DNA of 58,519 nucleotides. Origin: Caecitellus pseudoparvulus. Lineage: Eukaryota > Protista > Bigyra: Bicosoecida. Under the pieces are notes generated by a model, which saw only the letters and a list, made by a program, of their open reading frames with translations, made no database searches and was not told where the DNA came from. The position numbers and the translations under genes were made by a program. Below, in pieces: positions 11,221 through 23,494 of this stretch; the stretch's first letter is position 1; each line of letters begins with the position of its first letter. The DNA is taken from assembly GCA_965644315.1 (NCBI GenBank), contig CBFFRQ010000208.1, forward strand, positions 1-58,519. The letters run 5' to 3'.

Positions 11221-13535
11221 CTACGGTGACAGGAGCTGTTCAGAAAGGTCTCCGGAGTGCTGGCTGCCAGCTGTATCACTGCCCGAAGCCGAGCTGTGCC
11301 CATCTTCTGAGGCGGTCCCGCCTTCCGTTTCTTCCTCACCACTGCGGTCTTCGACTTCAACTGCAAGGTCTGAGACGCTGCTGGCGCGGGGGGGCGACGG
11401 TGCTTCCACGTCTCCACCTGCTGGCTGGGCGGGCTCATGCACGCCTTCCAGGAGCTGAGCGACCGCTGCTGGGGCGACTCCATCATGGGCCGCCAGACTC
11501 CCATGCGGCTGCTCATGCTCATCTAGGGGAGAGTGCGGGTGGGCTGGCCCAGCGTTGCTTTCTGCAGCAGCTTGGCCCGCCGCTTCCTCCAGCGTCTTGT
11601 TCGCAGTTTCATGCTTCAAGGACGCTGCTGCTGCGACTGCCAGCAGGCAGAAGCCGCCAAAAATGGCAGCTGCAGCTTCGATGTGCCCGCTCGTGACAAG
11701 CGTCTGGCCAATGAAGGGCGCCACCATGCCGCCGATTCGCGCGAAAGAATTGGCGAGGCCGAAACCCGTCGTTCGCAGGTGTGTCGGGTAAACTTCTGGG
11801 GTGTACGTGTAGGTGACCAAGAACACCCCCAGCGCTGCACCTCGCCCAATGAAGAGGATGGCCGTGCGCAAGAATCCCGTTTGGAAGGGAATGATGAGGA
11901 AGAAGGCCACACCTGCAGCTGCGAACATGACAGCTTGCAGCCACTTGCGCCCAAGGCCTGAGAAGTCAATGGCCCAAGCTGCGATGAAGGTGCCGGGCAG
12001 CTCTGAGGCTGACTGAATGAGGAGGTCGATGAAGTCTCCCGTCTGCAGACTGCTGTGACTGCCGTGGCAGAGTCCCTCCTCGTGGTCCGACAGGCTTAGC
12101 GCGCTGCCGAGGAGAACAATGCCGTAGTAGCAGATGGCGTTGCATAGCCACAGCACCCAGAGGGCCGCTGTGAGCCTCGCCATGTCGCTTGTCGCAAAGA
12201 GGGCGTGCAGCCCTCCGAAGAAGCCCTTGGTGCAAGTCCCTACTTGGGCAAACGCATCGGAAAGAGCAGCGCAGCAGCCCCTCGGTGTTCCGTCGTGCCT
12301 GGGGGAGGCGTCTGCCGACTCGGACGTCAAGGCCGTCGAATGCAGCGCCGTGCGTTCAGTGGACGTGTCAGCAGCGGGTGCCTGTGGCTCTTCGTGTGGG
12401 GTCGCTCCATGGGTGATGAGGGCAGCCAGGTCCCCCTTTGCCTGTCCCTGCTCTGGCCGCGGTGCCGGTGCCTGCGGTGCCGCAAAGGGGATGAGCGTGA
12501 CGCCCATGAGGTCTGGGCGTCCGTTTGTGAGGAGCATGTGGTCCAGGAGTGCCTCTGCCTCCTGCACCCGGCCCACACTGAGCAGGTAACGCGGGGACTC
12601 CTTGCCGTAGAAGTAGAAGATGACGACGAACAGCGCTAGGGGCGTGGAAGAGATGACCAGCAGCCACCTCCACCCCAACACTGGCAAGATGGCAAAGGCC
12701 AGGCCCGCCTGCACAATGCTGCCCAGCGCCCACCAGATGCCGTCAATGATGACGCCCCACATGCCACGTGTGTTGGAGGGGATGTACTCCATGAACAGCG
12801 AGAAGGCGACGGGGATGCCGCCGATGCCAAGGCCCATGATGCCACGGGCTGCCAACATCCCGGCAATGTCCAAGGTCGCAGCTGAGCCAAGTGCAGAGAG
12901 CAGCACGAGAGTGCTGGCACCCAGGATGACCGCCTTGCGTCCATACTCGTCAGCGAGGTACCCCCACACCGCGGCGCCACTGTGCAGTGGGCAAAGGCCA
13001 AGAGTGTGGGGGAAGGCGGACGGCACAAAGGTGGCCGGCGGGCAGGCGAGGCCCAACCATCACTCACAGCATCATGCCCAAGAAGACCATGGTGGTCAGG
13101 AGGCCTTCCTGTGCGGATGAGATGCCCCAGTCACACGTCAACTCTGGGCCGAGGAAGGACAGCTGCGAAGGCAGGAAGGTGCGAGGAGTGCGACAATAGG
13201 GACACCAGTAATTTCCGCCAGTGCTTTCATTCAGAGCATGCCACCGCACGCAGCCGGCGCTGGGCAGCACAAGCTGCCCTCAACTGATCCGTGCTGCAGT
13301 GCACTTGACGCAAGGCCGCAAGCCGGGACACAGCTCAGCCGACGCAGGCTTGCTGACGCACAATCATGACTTCCATACTGTCTGCAATCCATGCAAGTCC
13401 CAACATCCCGAGGAGTTGGAACTGGAAGCGGCCAAATCCGCCTTCATCGATGATCGCAGCAACAGTGGCTGGCTCCCGCTTTGCAGGCCGTCCCGTCGTC
13501 TCAAGGGACGTGCTGCCGTACGCTGCGGACGCCAT
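11221..13535 (-). CDS. SV2-related (SVOP-like) MFS transporter, spliced
   Basis: Exons encode IDEGGFGRFQ...LAWIADSMEVMI, LSFLGPELTCDWGIS...VFLGMML, GYLADEYGRK, KESPRYL and YTPEVYPTHLRTTG, with about 12 TM helices. Confidence 0.9.
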
Positions 13536-13853
13536 GGTGCTCCCGGGGTGTCTTGTGGCAATGTGCTTGGCTGTGTGTGTATTTGCCTGCCCACGTGCTC
13601 AAGCGGTGCGCTGTGCCGTTCAGCAGCCTGTGCGCAGCTCTGGCGTTGGCTGCAGCATTCCGCAAGAACGCCTGCAAGCCTAGACTGTGAAGCATGCTGG
13701 TGCACGCGAGACTGACCTATGTGTTTTGAGCGAGAACTTGCGATGAAAGTGGGGCAATGGCTGCTGTCCGGCTGCTATGGTGGGCCGGAGGGGGGGTGCA
13801 GGGCCCTAGGTTTCGCCAGAGCGCTCTGGTTCAGCACCAGTAGCGCAGCAGGT

Positions 13854-16800
13854 CTAACGCGGTGAGTACATGCCCAGGCGAGTGTCAAAGTAGGCGCGGC
13901 GAGAGCGCTGATCAGTTTCATAGCTCGTGGCCTCTACGTCTTTGATCTGGATGAACAGGGCATTCCCCAGGCAAATGTGCCACGCGGCTGCCACAATCCA
14001 CAAGCCCCAAGGCGCCGCCAGTGGCCATACCAGGTGTGCCGCAGAGCTGGCGTCGCCCAACACGTCAGCAATGCTGAGATTGGTGCGGGCCACTTCAGAT
14101 CCGGCATAACTCAGGGCAAACGTCCCCTGCACCTCGACACAGGCCGCGTCAAAAGCAGCAAGCTGGACACGTACCAGCCCCTCCAGCGCCACTGCTCCCC
14201 ACACCAACACAAACGCCACTGCTGCGAGCCACAGCCTGTTCAACATGGGGGGCAGGTGCACGACTGGGTGGCCGCGGTAGACGAAGTGCGCCGAGGCGGT
14301 GCTGCCCCACAGCAGCAGCTGGGACAGGCCCACTGCAGTCGCGTACACCTGCCCGGCAAATGCAGGGCCGCCTGCGCCGCAAGTTGCCTGGTCCACCAAC
14401 AGCCACCCAGAAACGCGTGCACCAGCCAGTGGGAAGCCACTCCAGGCATGTGCAGGGCCTTGCAGCTGCAATGTGAAGGTGCCCGTCGACGAGGTGTTTA
14501 CCGCTCCAGGAAAGAAAGCCGCTGCTTTGGCCGCAGAAATGTGCATCCAGGACTGACTGGTGACAAGGCTGGCAGCGCTGGCATCGGTAGCGACCTGGAT
14601 GGGGCTGCGCAGGGAGTCCATGCAGACTGCGGCAGCTGTGATGGCCCACAGCACGCCAGGCAGCACCCCGCACAGCAGCAGGCCAACCCGGTGCCACCAC
14701 TTGGGCGGCAGGGGCGGCGCCGCCTGCAGTGACACGAGGCGGTCAGCCAGGGGCACGTCAGGACCCAGTCGCTCCCGGGGTGCCACGCCGTTCCACAGCA
14801 GCCCACGCAGCGGCAGACCAGTGGAGGGGGCGCTCTGCCCCGGCAAGGCCAGTGGGTGAGTCACCATGCCCGCCAGGGCGTCGTTTCGCTGTGCAATGCG
14901 CATGAGGGTGGCAGGGTTCGCCGGCTGGGCGTGGGCGCGAGCAGCATCGGTGGACACCTGCAAGATGGCGGCGCCTTCCTCGGGTGTGAGTGGGCCCACC
15001 CACGAAGGGTCTCGTTCCCACACGGGGACGTCCCGTTTGGGCGGTGTGCGGAACTTGGACATGCCTGGCGGCTCCAGCGGCGTGACCAGGAGGGCTGCAC
15101 CGATGGGAACCCCCAGGAACGCGCACAATGTCAGTAAGGTCCATGTGGGAAACAACGCCGCCCAGCCCAGAACAGCCGCAGCCAGCACGGCCACCGCACA
15201 GAGGCTCAGGCAGGCGATGCTCCACGCGGCTGCCTGCGTCCAATTCATGCGGGCTTGACGAGCCTCTGCAAGCAGTGGTTTCACGAGCAAGTGCTGCGTG
15301 GGGGTTGGGGGCAAGACGAAGGCCGAGTTCAAGCAGGAGAGGCTGGTGGCAAAGGCCAGCAGTGGGTTCACTGTGGCGTCATCGGGGCGGGGGCGGGGTT
15401 GAGGGGGGGCCAGCGCCACGCCCACGTCTGCCACGCCCTGCAACATGCTGCTGGCACGGCGCAGAGCACTGGTCAGAACCAGCACACTCTCGCCGTGCTC
15501 TTGCATGACGCGCACCATGCCTGCGATGGTGAGGGGGGTGCAGTCAGTCAGGATGGACACCAGCAGCGGCACGTTGTCCAGCGTGGCCAGGTGCTCCCTG
15601 ATCTCCGAAATGCCGTGGGGCAGCTGCGCCTTAGCATCCCAGCCTTGCACTGCTTCGTTGTACCCCGCTCGCACTTCTGCTGCCTGCGAGTCAGTTAGCA
15701 CTACCACCCCCCTGGCAGCCTGCTGCAGTGGCTGGGGGGCGTCGTCCTCTGAGCTGCTGCCGGCAGGCAGAGCGCGTCGCTTGCGGGAGCCAGCGAGGCT
15801 TTGCTGGGGCTCGTCAGTGTGCAGCACATCGTCGGCGTCGGCGTCATCTGCAAAAAACGCTGCGAGGGCGTCGGCGGCGTCCTCCTCCTCCTCCTCCTCG
15901 CCCTCCTGCGCGGCCGCGGACTGCCCCTCCTGTGCAGCCTGCAACTGCCGCTTCCGCACGATCTCCGTCAATGTCTCCTCCTTGGGTGCCCGGGCACCTG
16001 TGCGATCTCGCAGCGAAATGGCAGCATTCCACCCCGTCTCCAGGCCGAGCTTCTGTGCCAACGGGCGCACCTTGAAGTAGTTGCGGCTGGATGCGAAGAC
16101 GAAGCGGACGCCAGCGAAGGAGATGTCTGTGATCAGGCTCTGCATGCCCGAACGGGGCTGGTACCGCGCAGCCACCACGCCTGCAAGGACTTGCCCTGCT
16201 TGGATAGCGTGCAGGCGGGACTCCAGGTCACGAGGCGCGCCAGATGGTGCACACAGGCGAGGCACCGTGCGCTGCGTGGGCTGGCTGGAAAGAGGAGCTG
16301 CTGCAGCAGGAGCAGTCGGGTGTCGTGCCCCCCTCGCATTGCGAGCCTTGGGAGAGCGCAGGAGGAAGGTGGCCCGGGCGTGCCCAGTCAGCCCGATGTC
16401 AGTGGGAGGCCGCGCGGCTGCCTTGAGCAGGGCCTTGTCGCGCCCCGTCCCGCCCACAGCCGCTTGGCCTTCAAGAGCACGCACCATCGCTGCTTGCTGG
16501 CGGGAGACTGGGTCGTACGCAAGCGCGACGCAGAACATGTCTTCGCGCTGCCAGTGCGCACAGGTGTCCAGCACTGCAGCTTTGCGGGGCTGGGAGAACT
16601 CCCACAGCGCCGTGCCGTCCCAGTACTCACTGCACGCGTTCACGACGTGCTCCACGCTGCCCAGGGTGGCAATGTGGTAGCTAGAGTCCCTCGTGTCCCG
16701 CAGCACGGTGCTGATGAGGCTGGGCTTCAGCGCGGACGTGACGCGTGTGCAGGGCACGAGGGCGGGGTTGGCGGGCAGCAGAGGCCAGGCTGGCGAGGAG

Positions 16801-19800
16801 TTCTGCAGCACCGCCAGCTCATCCGCCTCCAAGCCGTCTTCTTGCACTGCCTCCAAGGCAGGCGCCCGCCCTGCGACGACAGAGTGGCGAGGCAGCGGCA
16901 GGGGCAACGTGTGCATCCTGCGCAGTCCCCGTGGTGGGCGGGCCGTGACGAGGGTGAACAGGTGCCGGGAGTGGGCAAAGGTGTCCAGGTCGTGTTGGTT
17001 GAAGCCCATCTCCCGGGCCAGGGCCAGCAGCCAGGGCCGGGAGGAAATGCCTTGCAGCGCCCGTGCAAGTCGCTGCACGCTTAGCTGGGCCGGCGTTGTG
17101 GCATCGGGGGCGTGTGTAGAGGGCGGCAAGGGGGGCTCCAGGGCTGCCGGCGATGCGGCCGATGTAAGGTGGGCAGGTGGTGCACGAGAGGTGGGTACGC
17201 CTGGGGATGTGTCGGCAGAGGAGGTGGGTGGGCCACCACCCCGGGATCTACCGTGCCTTGCGCCCGCCTTGCCCTCCTGCCACTCACCCGCGCCAGCACT
17301 TTCCCTGGAGCTGGTGCGCTGGCGGGAGGCAGATATGGCGGACAAAGCTGGAGAGACATCTGACGTGGACTTGCCGCCACCAGCGTTGTCGTAGTCACTT
17401 CCTGCATCTTCTGCTTGCAGCAAGGCCTCCAGGAATCCCGACTGATCAGACTCTTTGCGGCCTGGGGCTGCTTCAAGCGCTGCCCCACCATCCTTGCCGC
17501 TATGAGATTCCGACGGCAGCGGTGGAGGGGGCACCTCTTTCGGGGGAGGTGCGGTGGAAGGGCCAGAGGAAGCGGCAGCGGAGGGCGCCTCTCGTGGCTT
17601 GGCTGCATGCCGAGCGCGCCTGGATCCCTTCTTGAGAGCCTTGGCTTCCTCCTCGAGGGAAGGGGGCGCCGCACACCTCGCGCCAGCCAGTGCTGCCAGG
17701 CCGAGGGGCTTCAGCGCAGGCAAGTGCTGCTTCCAGCGGGTGTCTTCAAACCTCAACCCGTGTGGTGCGTCCTCGTCAGGCTGCACGTCCAGGATGAGTT
17801 GCTCCTGCCCGCCTCGCAGCAACAGGACGTGCTCTGCGGAAGGTGTGTCCTGGCACACCGCAGGCCTGTCCCCTGCGAGAAATGTCGTGGTGGAGCCGAG
17901 GCCTGTGAGGGCGCCAGCGGAGAGGAGGGGGGGCTGCACCCGCAGTTGCCCCAGCCCCACACGCTCGTTCTGCCATGCAAGCTGGCGGGCAAAGTACGCT
18001 GCAATGGGATTGGACGAGCAGCAGCAAAGATGCGGTGCATGGGGAGCACTCTCGTTCACATCACGCAGGGTTGGGAGGTGCTGGAAGGGGTGTGGCGCGC
18101 GGGCAGACACCACTGCTCCCAAGTACTTGGCGAGAAGGGACCACGGCACGAGGGTCCACATCTTGCCGTGTTTGGAATCCTTCAGTGGGTTCCACAGCCG
18201 GCTAATCGCCGGCCTGTACCTGCATGTGCGGAAGAGCAGGCGGTACCACCACTCAGACACGGGCGTGGTCCAGCCCTGCCACCGAGATGCACAGCCCGCA
18301 GTGCAGCGAGCGGCTAAAGAGGTTCGCGAGTGGCCCCCACACAACAGACACGGAGCGCACAGAATGGCCACAGCACAGGGCACATGGGTCACTGTGCGCG
18401 CGCTTTCATGCCGGTCGATTTCATGCTGGGCGGCAGTGCGAGGCTGGTCAATGGGGAGATGTGGGAGGCAGCACAAAACTGCCCGTGCCAGTGTGTGCAG
18501 CATGTCACAGCACTGAGGGGGTGCGATGCGGTCCATGCGCACAAGGTGGTGCAGGGGCAAAGCTGGCGTGCTGTGAGCACCTTGCCGCACTGCGCGGGTG
18601 CCTTGTTTGAAAGGAATGCCGCCGTCTGCCAGGAGTTGACCGGCGTGCACGGCCCAGTACTCGACGTGGACAGGGCGGCCAGTGCCATCCAGGCCACCCA
18701 CGCTGCTCTGCAGGCTCAAAGCCTGCACATACTTGCTGTTTGCAAGGCGAATGATGCCCGGGACGCTCCCTGCAGCCCCGTCGTCCAAGCTGCCCCCGTC
18801 GTCGTCGCCACCTGCGGTGCCCTTCTCAACAGTGATGAACCGAGCAGCCACGGACGGGGAAATGGGCAGCCCTCGTGTGCTACCTGAGGGACTGGGTGTG
18901 CCGCTGCGGGGAGCAGGGCCTTGGCGGCGCCAGCGCCGGCCCACGCAGACAGCGCAACAACGCAGCTCCCGCTCGCTAGCTGCAGCTCGCTGTAGCGCGG
19001 CAAAGTCAACCCCGCATTCCGAGGAATGGCGCAGCTGGGCTGCGTTTGTGGTGGTGTACGCCGATGCTCGGCGCGTCCAAGCCTGGTACTGCCGCCTGAC
19101 AGAGGTGATCTCCAGCAACGCGCACATGTGCGCAGTCAGGAGTGTCTCTGCGGTCGCTGTGAGCCATGGAGCCCAAATGACAGGGGACAGCGCGCACACA
19201 GTCATTGCAGGTACACAAGTTTCGGGCAGCCAGCCCGTGAATCCAGCCCCGCTAAACGTGCCGTCCGGGTGCCCACTCACTGCGCGGGCAAGCAACGCGC
19301 GCACTGAAGACAGCAGCAACGTCAAGCCCGCCAGGCACACCAGAGTGAAGTGCACCGCTGCAACAGTCGACCGCAGCTGCTGCATGAACAATGGCTCAGG
19401 CACAGGGGGCGCATGCAGCTCAGCACGCAGCAGCGCCAGCAGGGGGGTTTCCAGCACCAGCCACCTCCGTGAGTCTGCTGCCACTGTGAGAATGTCACGG
19501 GCAGCAACAGGCACCGAACGCGAGCGCGGCTGGTGTCTCTGCTGGGGATCAGGCTGCCGTGGTGCGGGAGGAGGCCCTTCAGGCTTGCGCTGCGCCCTGT
19601 TGGCCTTCACAGCGGCGGCCCACAAGTTGGGCACCTGCGTGCCGCCTCGCAAGCGCAGGGGGGGGTGCTTGGTCAGGTCGGGTGCGAAGGGGTCGTCCAA
19701 GCACACCACTTTTGCCGGTGTGGCAGCCCCTGCACTGAGCGTGATGACATCTCCCGCCACGAGCAAGTGGATGGGCAGGTGGACCCAGGATCCCCCTCGG

Positions 19801-20306
19801 TACACGAGGGAGTGCGCGACCGCTTTGGGCACGTGGCCTGACTCTGGAATGAGAGGCTGCAGCGTTCGCCAGACAGTTTCATCGACACTGCTGGGTGCCA
19901 GGGGACTGAAGGCGCCGGCCCTGGCGCTGGTCAGCTGCTGCTGCAGGCGCAGCACTGCCAAGCCCGCCCGTGTCAAGCTCTCCCACCTGAGCGTGCGACT
20001 GCGGCCCAGCACGAGGGCCATGTTGGCTGCCGCCATGACAAGCAGTAACGCGCATGGGAATGCGTAAGAAGCGTCCCCACTCAGCCCAAGGAGCAGGGCA
20101 AAGCCCAGGCCAAGAGCTGCTGGCCAGGCGAAGTCCAGCGAGCCTGCCCTTGCCACGGCCAACTGCCGTGTGGCTTCAGCTTGGCCCTGCCATGCCTGCT
20201 GGGCGGCTTCGTCAACAAGGGCCCTGACTTGCTGCACAAGTTTGTCCAGGGCCTCCAAGTGCCCCAGACCGACCTTTTCGGCAGACCTGGGCGGAGACTG
20301 GGCCAT
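13854..20306 (-). CDS. TMEM94: TMEM94-like (P-type ATPase-related) membrane protein
   Basis: LLVAGDVI, GVRFVFAS...KLGLETGWNAAISL, AQLPHGISEIREHL..LDNVPLLVS..TDCTP and terminal FDTRLGMYSP are characteristic of TMEM94/KIAA0195. No DKTGT phosphorylation motif. First ATG at 20306. Confidence 0.88.
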   Translation of the reverse strand: MAQSPPRSAEKVGLGHLEALDKLVQQVRALVDEAAQQAWQGQAEATRQLAVARAGSLDFAWPAALGLGFALLLGLSGDASYAFPCALLLVMAAANMALVLGRSRTLRWESLTRAGLAVLRLQQQLTSARAGAFSPLAPSSVDETVWRTLQPLIPESGHVPKAVAHSLVYRGGSWVHLPIHLLVAGDVITLSAGAATPAKVVCLDDPFAPDLTKHPPLRLRGGTQVPNLWAAAVKANRAQRKPEGPPPAPRQPDPQQRHQPRSRSVPVAARDILTVAADSRRWLVLETPLLALLRAELHAPPVPEPLFMQQLRSTVAAVHFTLVCLAGLTLLLSSVRALLARAVSGHPDGTFSGAGFTGWLPETCVPAMTVCALSPVIWAPWLTATAETLLTAHMCALLEITSVRRQYQAWTRRASAYTTTNAAQLRHSSECGVDFAALQRAAASERELRCCAVCVGRRWRRQGPAPRSGTPSPSGSTRGLPISPSVAARFITVEKGTAGGDDDGGSLDDGAAGSVPGIIRLANSKYVQALSLQSSVGGLDGTGRPVHVEYWAVHAGQLLADGGIPFKQGTRAVRQGAHSTPALPLHHLVRMDRIAPPQCCDMLHTLARAVLCCLPHLPIDQPRTAAQHEIDRHESARTVTHVPCAVAILCAPCLLCGGHSRTSLAARCTAGCASRWQGWTTPVSEWWYRLLFRTCRYRPAISRLWNPLKDSKHGKMWTLVPWSLLAKYLGAVVSARAPHPFQHLPTLRDVNESAPHAPHLCCCSSNPIAAYFARQLAWQNERVGLGQLRVQPPLLSAGALTGLGSTTTFLAGDRPAVCQDTPSAEHVLLLRGGQEQLILDVQPDEDAPHGLRFEDTRWKQHLPALKPLGLAALAGARCAAPPSLEEEAKALKKGSRRARHAAKPREAPSAAASSGPSTAPPPKEVPPPPLPSESHSGKDGGAALEAAPGRKESDQSGFLEALLQAEDAGSDYDNAGGGKSTSDVSPALSAISASRQRTSSRESAGAGEWQEGKAGARHGRSRGGGPPTSSADTSPGVPTSRAPPAHLTSAASPAALEPPLPPSTHAPDATTPAQLSVQRLARALQGISSRPWLLALAREMGFNQHDLDTFAHSRHLFTLVTARPPRGLRRMHTLPLPLPRHSVVAGRAPALEAVQEDGLEADELAVLQNSSPAWPLLPANPALVPCTRVTSALKPSLISTVLRDTRDSSYHIATLGSVEHVVNACSEYWDGTALWEFSQPRKAAVLDTCAHWQREDMFCVALAYDPVSRQQAAMVRALEGQAAVGGTGRDKALLKAAARPPTDIGLTGHARATFLLRSPKARNARGARHPTAPAAAAPLSSQPTQRTVPRLCAPSGAPRDLESRLHAIQAGQVLAGVVAARYQPRSGMQSLITDISFAGVRFVFASSRNYFKVRPLAQKLGLETGWNAAISLRDRTGARAPKEETLTEIVRKRQLQAAQEGQSAAAQEGEEEEEEDAADALAAFFADDADADDVLHTDEPQQSLAGSRKRRALPAGSSSEDDAPQPLQQAARGVVVLTDSQAAEVRAGYNEAVQGWDAKAQLPHGISEIREHLATLDNVPLLVSILTDCTPLTIAGMVRVMQEHGESVLVLTSALRRASSMLQGVADVGVALAPPQPRPRPDDATVNPLLAFATSLSCLNSAFVLPPTPTQHLLVKPLLAEARQARMNWTQAAAWSIACLSLCAVAVLAAAVLGWAALFPTWTLLTLCAFLGVPIGAALLVTPLEPPGMSKFRTPPKRDVPVWERDPSWVGPLTPEEGAAILQVSTDAARAHAQPANPATLMRIAQRNDALAGMVTHPLALPGQSAPSTGLPLRGLLWNGVAPRERLGPDVPLADRLVSLQAAPPLPPKWWHRVGLLLCGVLPGVLWAITAAAVCMDSLRSPIQVATDASAASLVTSQSWMHISAAKAAAFFPGAVNTSSTGTFTLQLQGPAHAWSGFPLAGARVSGWLLVDQATCGAGGPAFAGQVYATAVGLSQLLLWGSTASAHFVYRGHPVVHLPPMLNRLWLAAVAFVLVWGAVALEGLVRVQLAAFDAACVEVQGTFALSYAGSEVARTNLSIADVLGDASSAAHLVWPLAAPWGLWIVAAAWHICLGNALFIQIKDVEATSYETDQRSRRAYFDTRLGMYSPR

Positions 20307-20556
20307 GGCCGGCGAGCGGAAATTGCATGCACCCTTTCCAGCCTGCCCACGCGCAGCCAAGGTCGCGAGCTGGGAGAGTGGCGAGCACGATCAAGAAAAC
20401 GTACATTTGTAACAGAATCACTGCGTGTGCTGTAGTGCCTCAGAGTTGTGAGCAGCCAAGGTTTAATCTGGCTGTGCGAGGAGGGGGGGATGCTGGCTCG
20501 GGACAAGGGGCATCTACCTGCCCGCCATGCATCCCAGGCGGACGGCAAAGGGAGCA

Positions 20557-23494
20557 TCACGGTGCCTCCTCATCCTCAAACTCCAAGTCTGAATCGGGTG
20601 CGCCCCTGCGTGCGGCCTGGCGCTTTTCTTCAGCTGCCCTGGCGCAGGCAGCCTCCCATCGCTGCAGAGCGATGCCCAGTCGCACGCCCAGACCTTGGCT
20701 CTCCTTGCGCAGGGCAGCGAGAGCGGTGCGGATGCGCTGCAAGGGGGAGGCGTCAGACACACTGTCTCCACGGGCTGCTACAGCCTCCTCCAGCGCCTCC
20801 ACCTCCTCCCCCAGCTCGGCCAAGTGCGTTGCACCCTCCTCCACTTGCGCGCTCAACGCCTGCACTGTTTCGCGCAGGGTAACGGCTTGCTCGTGCAGCG
20901 TGCGGTACTGGCCGATGACACCGCCATCTCCGCTGTGTTCTGCGTTGATGCGAGTTTCCGCTGAGCGAATGCGTTCCGCCGCGTCCCCTGCACCTGCACC
21001 TGAGCGCTCCAGTGCGGCCAGCGCAGCGCCGGTGGCCAGCCCGTCCTTGGGCTGACTGCGCTGCAAGCGCTCGTGGTTGGCCTGCGTGGCTGCAAAGTGG
21101 GCTCGCCAGCCGCCTCCACCCGCTTGCGCCGCTGCGGTGACGTCAACCAACCCCATGCTGCGGAGGCGGGCTGCAATGCTGCGTTTGACACGCTCCACCT
21201 CCTTGCTCCACGCTTGTGGGGACACATTGGAGCGGACAAAATCCTTCCGCGCAGTGTCGCCAACGCCTGCGTCATGGTCTGTCTTGCGCTCCTCGGAGAA
21301 CAGCACATCCTCGTCGCTGTCCACGGCGTCGTCGCCGCCCACCACCGCCTCCGCCACACCACCGTCAGCCCCATCCACCTCCTGCCCAGCGCCCTCGTCC
21401 TCCTCCACGCCGTCGCCCGAGGGAGGAAAGGCTGGCGCCTCCCAGCGCCAGCCTATGTGAGTGAGGGCGCTGTGTGCCGCAAAGTCCAGCAACCGCGCCA
21501 CTGCCAGTCCATGCCCTGCCGCGACGTCCCGTGGAAGGCAAGCATCCACCAGCGCCGCCGGTGCGCCCGCAGCCTCCTGCAAACTGCGGCAAACCGCATC
21601 TCCCACGACATTTGGCGGGCCGTACTTGCCCTCCGGCCCCCATGCAATGCAATCGGTAGTTGCGCGACCTAAAACGGAGGTGGCACCACGAGAACGGGGT
21701 GGGTCGCGCAAGATACTCAAGCACCAGCTCACCAGGGATGCAAATGTGTGGAACTGCGCGACAGTGCTTCCAGCAGCGCCGACAGCATCAGGAACTGCGA
21801 AGTAGTACGGCGGCAGGGGCGGCGTGTCCAAGGCTGCCGCCCACCCCACCTCATACCCCAGGCACTGCAGGCGACTGACGGCACGTGCACTGAGCGCCAG
21901 AGCGTCGCGCTGCGCAAGCAACTCCCCGACGAAGCCCCTGGGCGGGCTGGTCGGAGGAACTGACGCAGCGCCACCACGTGCAACGGGCGTCGTGGCAGGG
22001 TCACTGCCAGGTGCAGCCTCAGGCGCGTGCACTGCCACGCCACTCCCAGCGCCTCCCTGCCGTTCCGATCTCCCAGCCTGACCACGGGAGGCCCCTGCAG
22101 TAGGCTGCGTTGGGGTGCTGCCGTCGCCAGTCTTGCCTTCGCCGGGCCCTGCTGCGTCTGCGGCAGCGGCGGCTGCGACTTCGGCAGCGGCAGCCTGCTC
22201 GGGGTCAGGTGCTTGCTGCTGAGCAACTGTTTCTGCGGCAGCTGTTCCGCCTGCCGGAGTGGATGCAGGCGGGGCGGCAGCCCGGTCAGCCTGCCGCTGC
22301 TGCTCGAAGCGCTCCAGCAGTGCGCAGGAGATGCGGGTGACTTCCCCCATGTCGGGGCGCGCCGCGGGGTCACTGCTGAGCATGCGGGCGACCAGGTCCT
22401 GCAGCTCAGTGGAGTACAGCGTGGAGATGCCCGGGTACGTGCCCTTGGAGATCTTCTGGAACAGTCCGTACAGGTTCAGGCCCTCCTCCTTGAAGGGGGA
22501 GATGAGCATGGCCAGCTCGTACAGCACACAGCCCAGGCTCCACACGTCACTCTTGTAGTCATACCCCTTGCCCTGCAGCACTTCAGGGGACATGTACAGA
22601 GGTGTGCCCACTTTGCTAAAGGCTTCCAGGGTGTGCTCGGACAGGTACCGGCCGAGGCCCAAATCGCCCACCTTCACAGTCCCATTCAGGGTGAGGAAGA
22701 TGTTGGCAGGCTTCAGGTCGCGGTGCATCACGTGTCGCTCGTGCATGTGTGCAACAGCTGTGAAGGGCCATCGTGCAGATACCTCTGTAGCGTGGCATGC
22801 AGGGCGAGACAAGCGCCGGACACGCACCTGCTGCAACTTGGCTAAAGTACTTCCATATCACGCGCTCGTCGAACCGCGCATTGCGCTCCCTGCACGCGGG
22901 CCGGTGGGGTGGGATATGCTTTCAGGGTCAGTGCTGGTCAGCGGCAGGGGGGCCGTGCTGGGCTCAAGCGAGGCTGCAGGCGCTGGGCGCACGCACCTTG
23001 CCTTGCGAAGCTGGCGCTTCAGGTCACCAGCCTCTGCGTACTCGAAGACCAGCCAGAGCTCCTTGTTGACGATGAATGCGTCATGGAAGGCAATGATGTT
23101 CCGGTGAGAAACTGACTGCACCAAGTGGATCTCCTTCAAGCACTTTTCCCTGCGGCACGCCACAGCGGCAAAGTGCAGAGAGGCACCACGCCAGCGCCAG
23201 GCAGCACCCACCGAGACTTTTCGTCCATCATGTTGAAGATTTGAATGCGCTTCAGCGCCACAAAGTCACCTGTCGCAGTGTGCTTTGCCCGGAACACAGT
23301 GGAGAACTTTCCCTTCCCTGCGCGAGGCATGAAGCCACTGGGTGGGGCGCCTTGCGGCCGTTTCTTGGCCTACTTCCGCACATACCAATGGCCTTCAGCT
23401 GCCCGAACTGCTGGAGCTTCTCATCATCGACTTCCACAGTGACCCTCCCATCTCTCGTGGAGATTCCCACAATGTCCCCATCTTGGCCTGCCAT
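20557..23494 (-). CDS. NEK6/7-like protein kinase fused to a C-terminal IFT57-like domain, spliced
   Basis: Exons encode GKGKFSTVFRA, VALKRIQIFNMMDEKSR-EKCLKEI, HRDLKPANIFLT, GDLGLGR, VGTPLYMSPE and KSDVWSLGCVLYE (NEK6/7-type). The same exon continues into RLQCLGYE..YYFAVP..QFHTF..WSKEVERV..WRAH..ERIRSAETRIN..SDASPLQRIRTAL..GVRLG (IFT57-type). Confidence 0.85.

Noticed and set aside
10932-11522. N-terminal extension of the 1648-aa ORF
   Set aside because: Overlaps the MFS gene end in another frame and reads as non-coding; the start is more plausibly at 10931.
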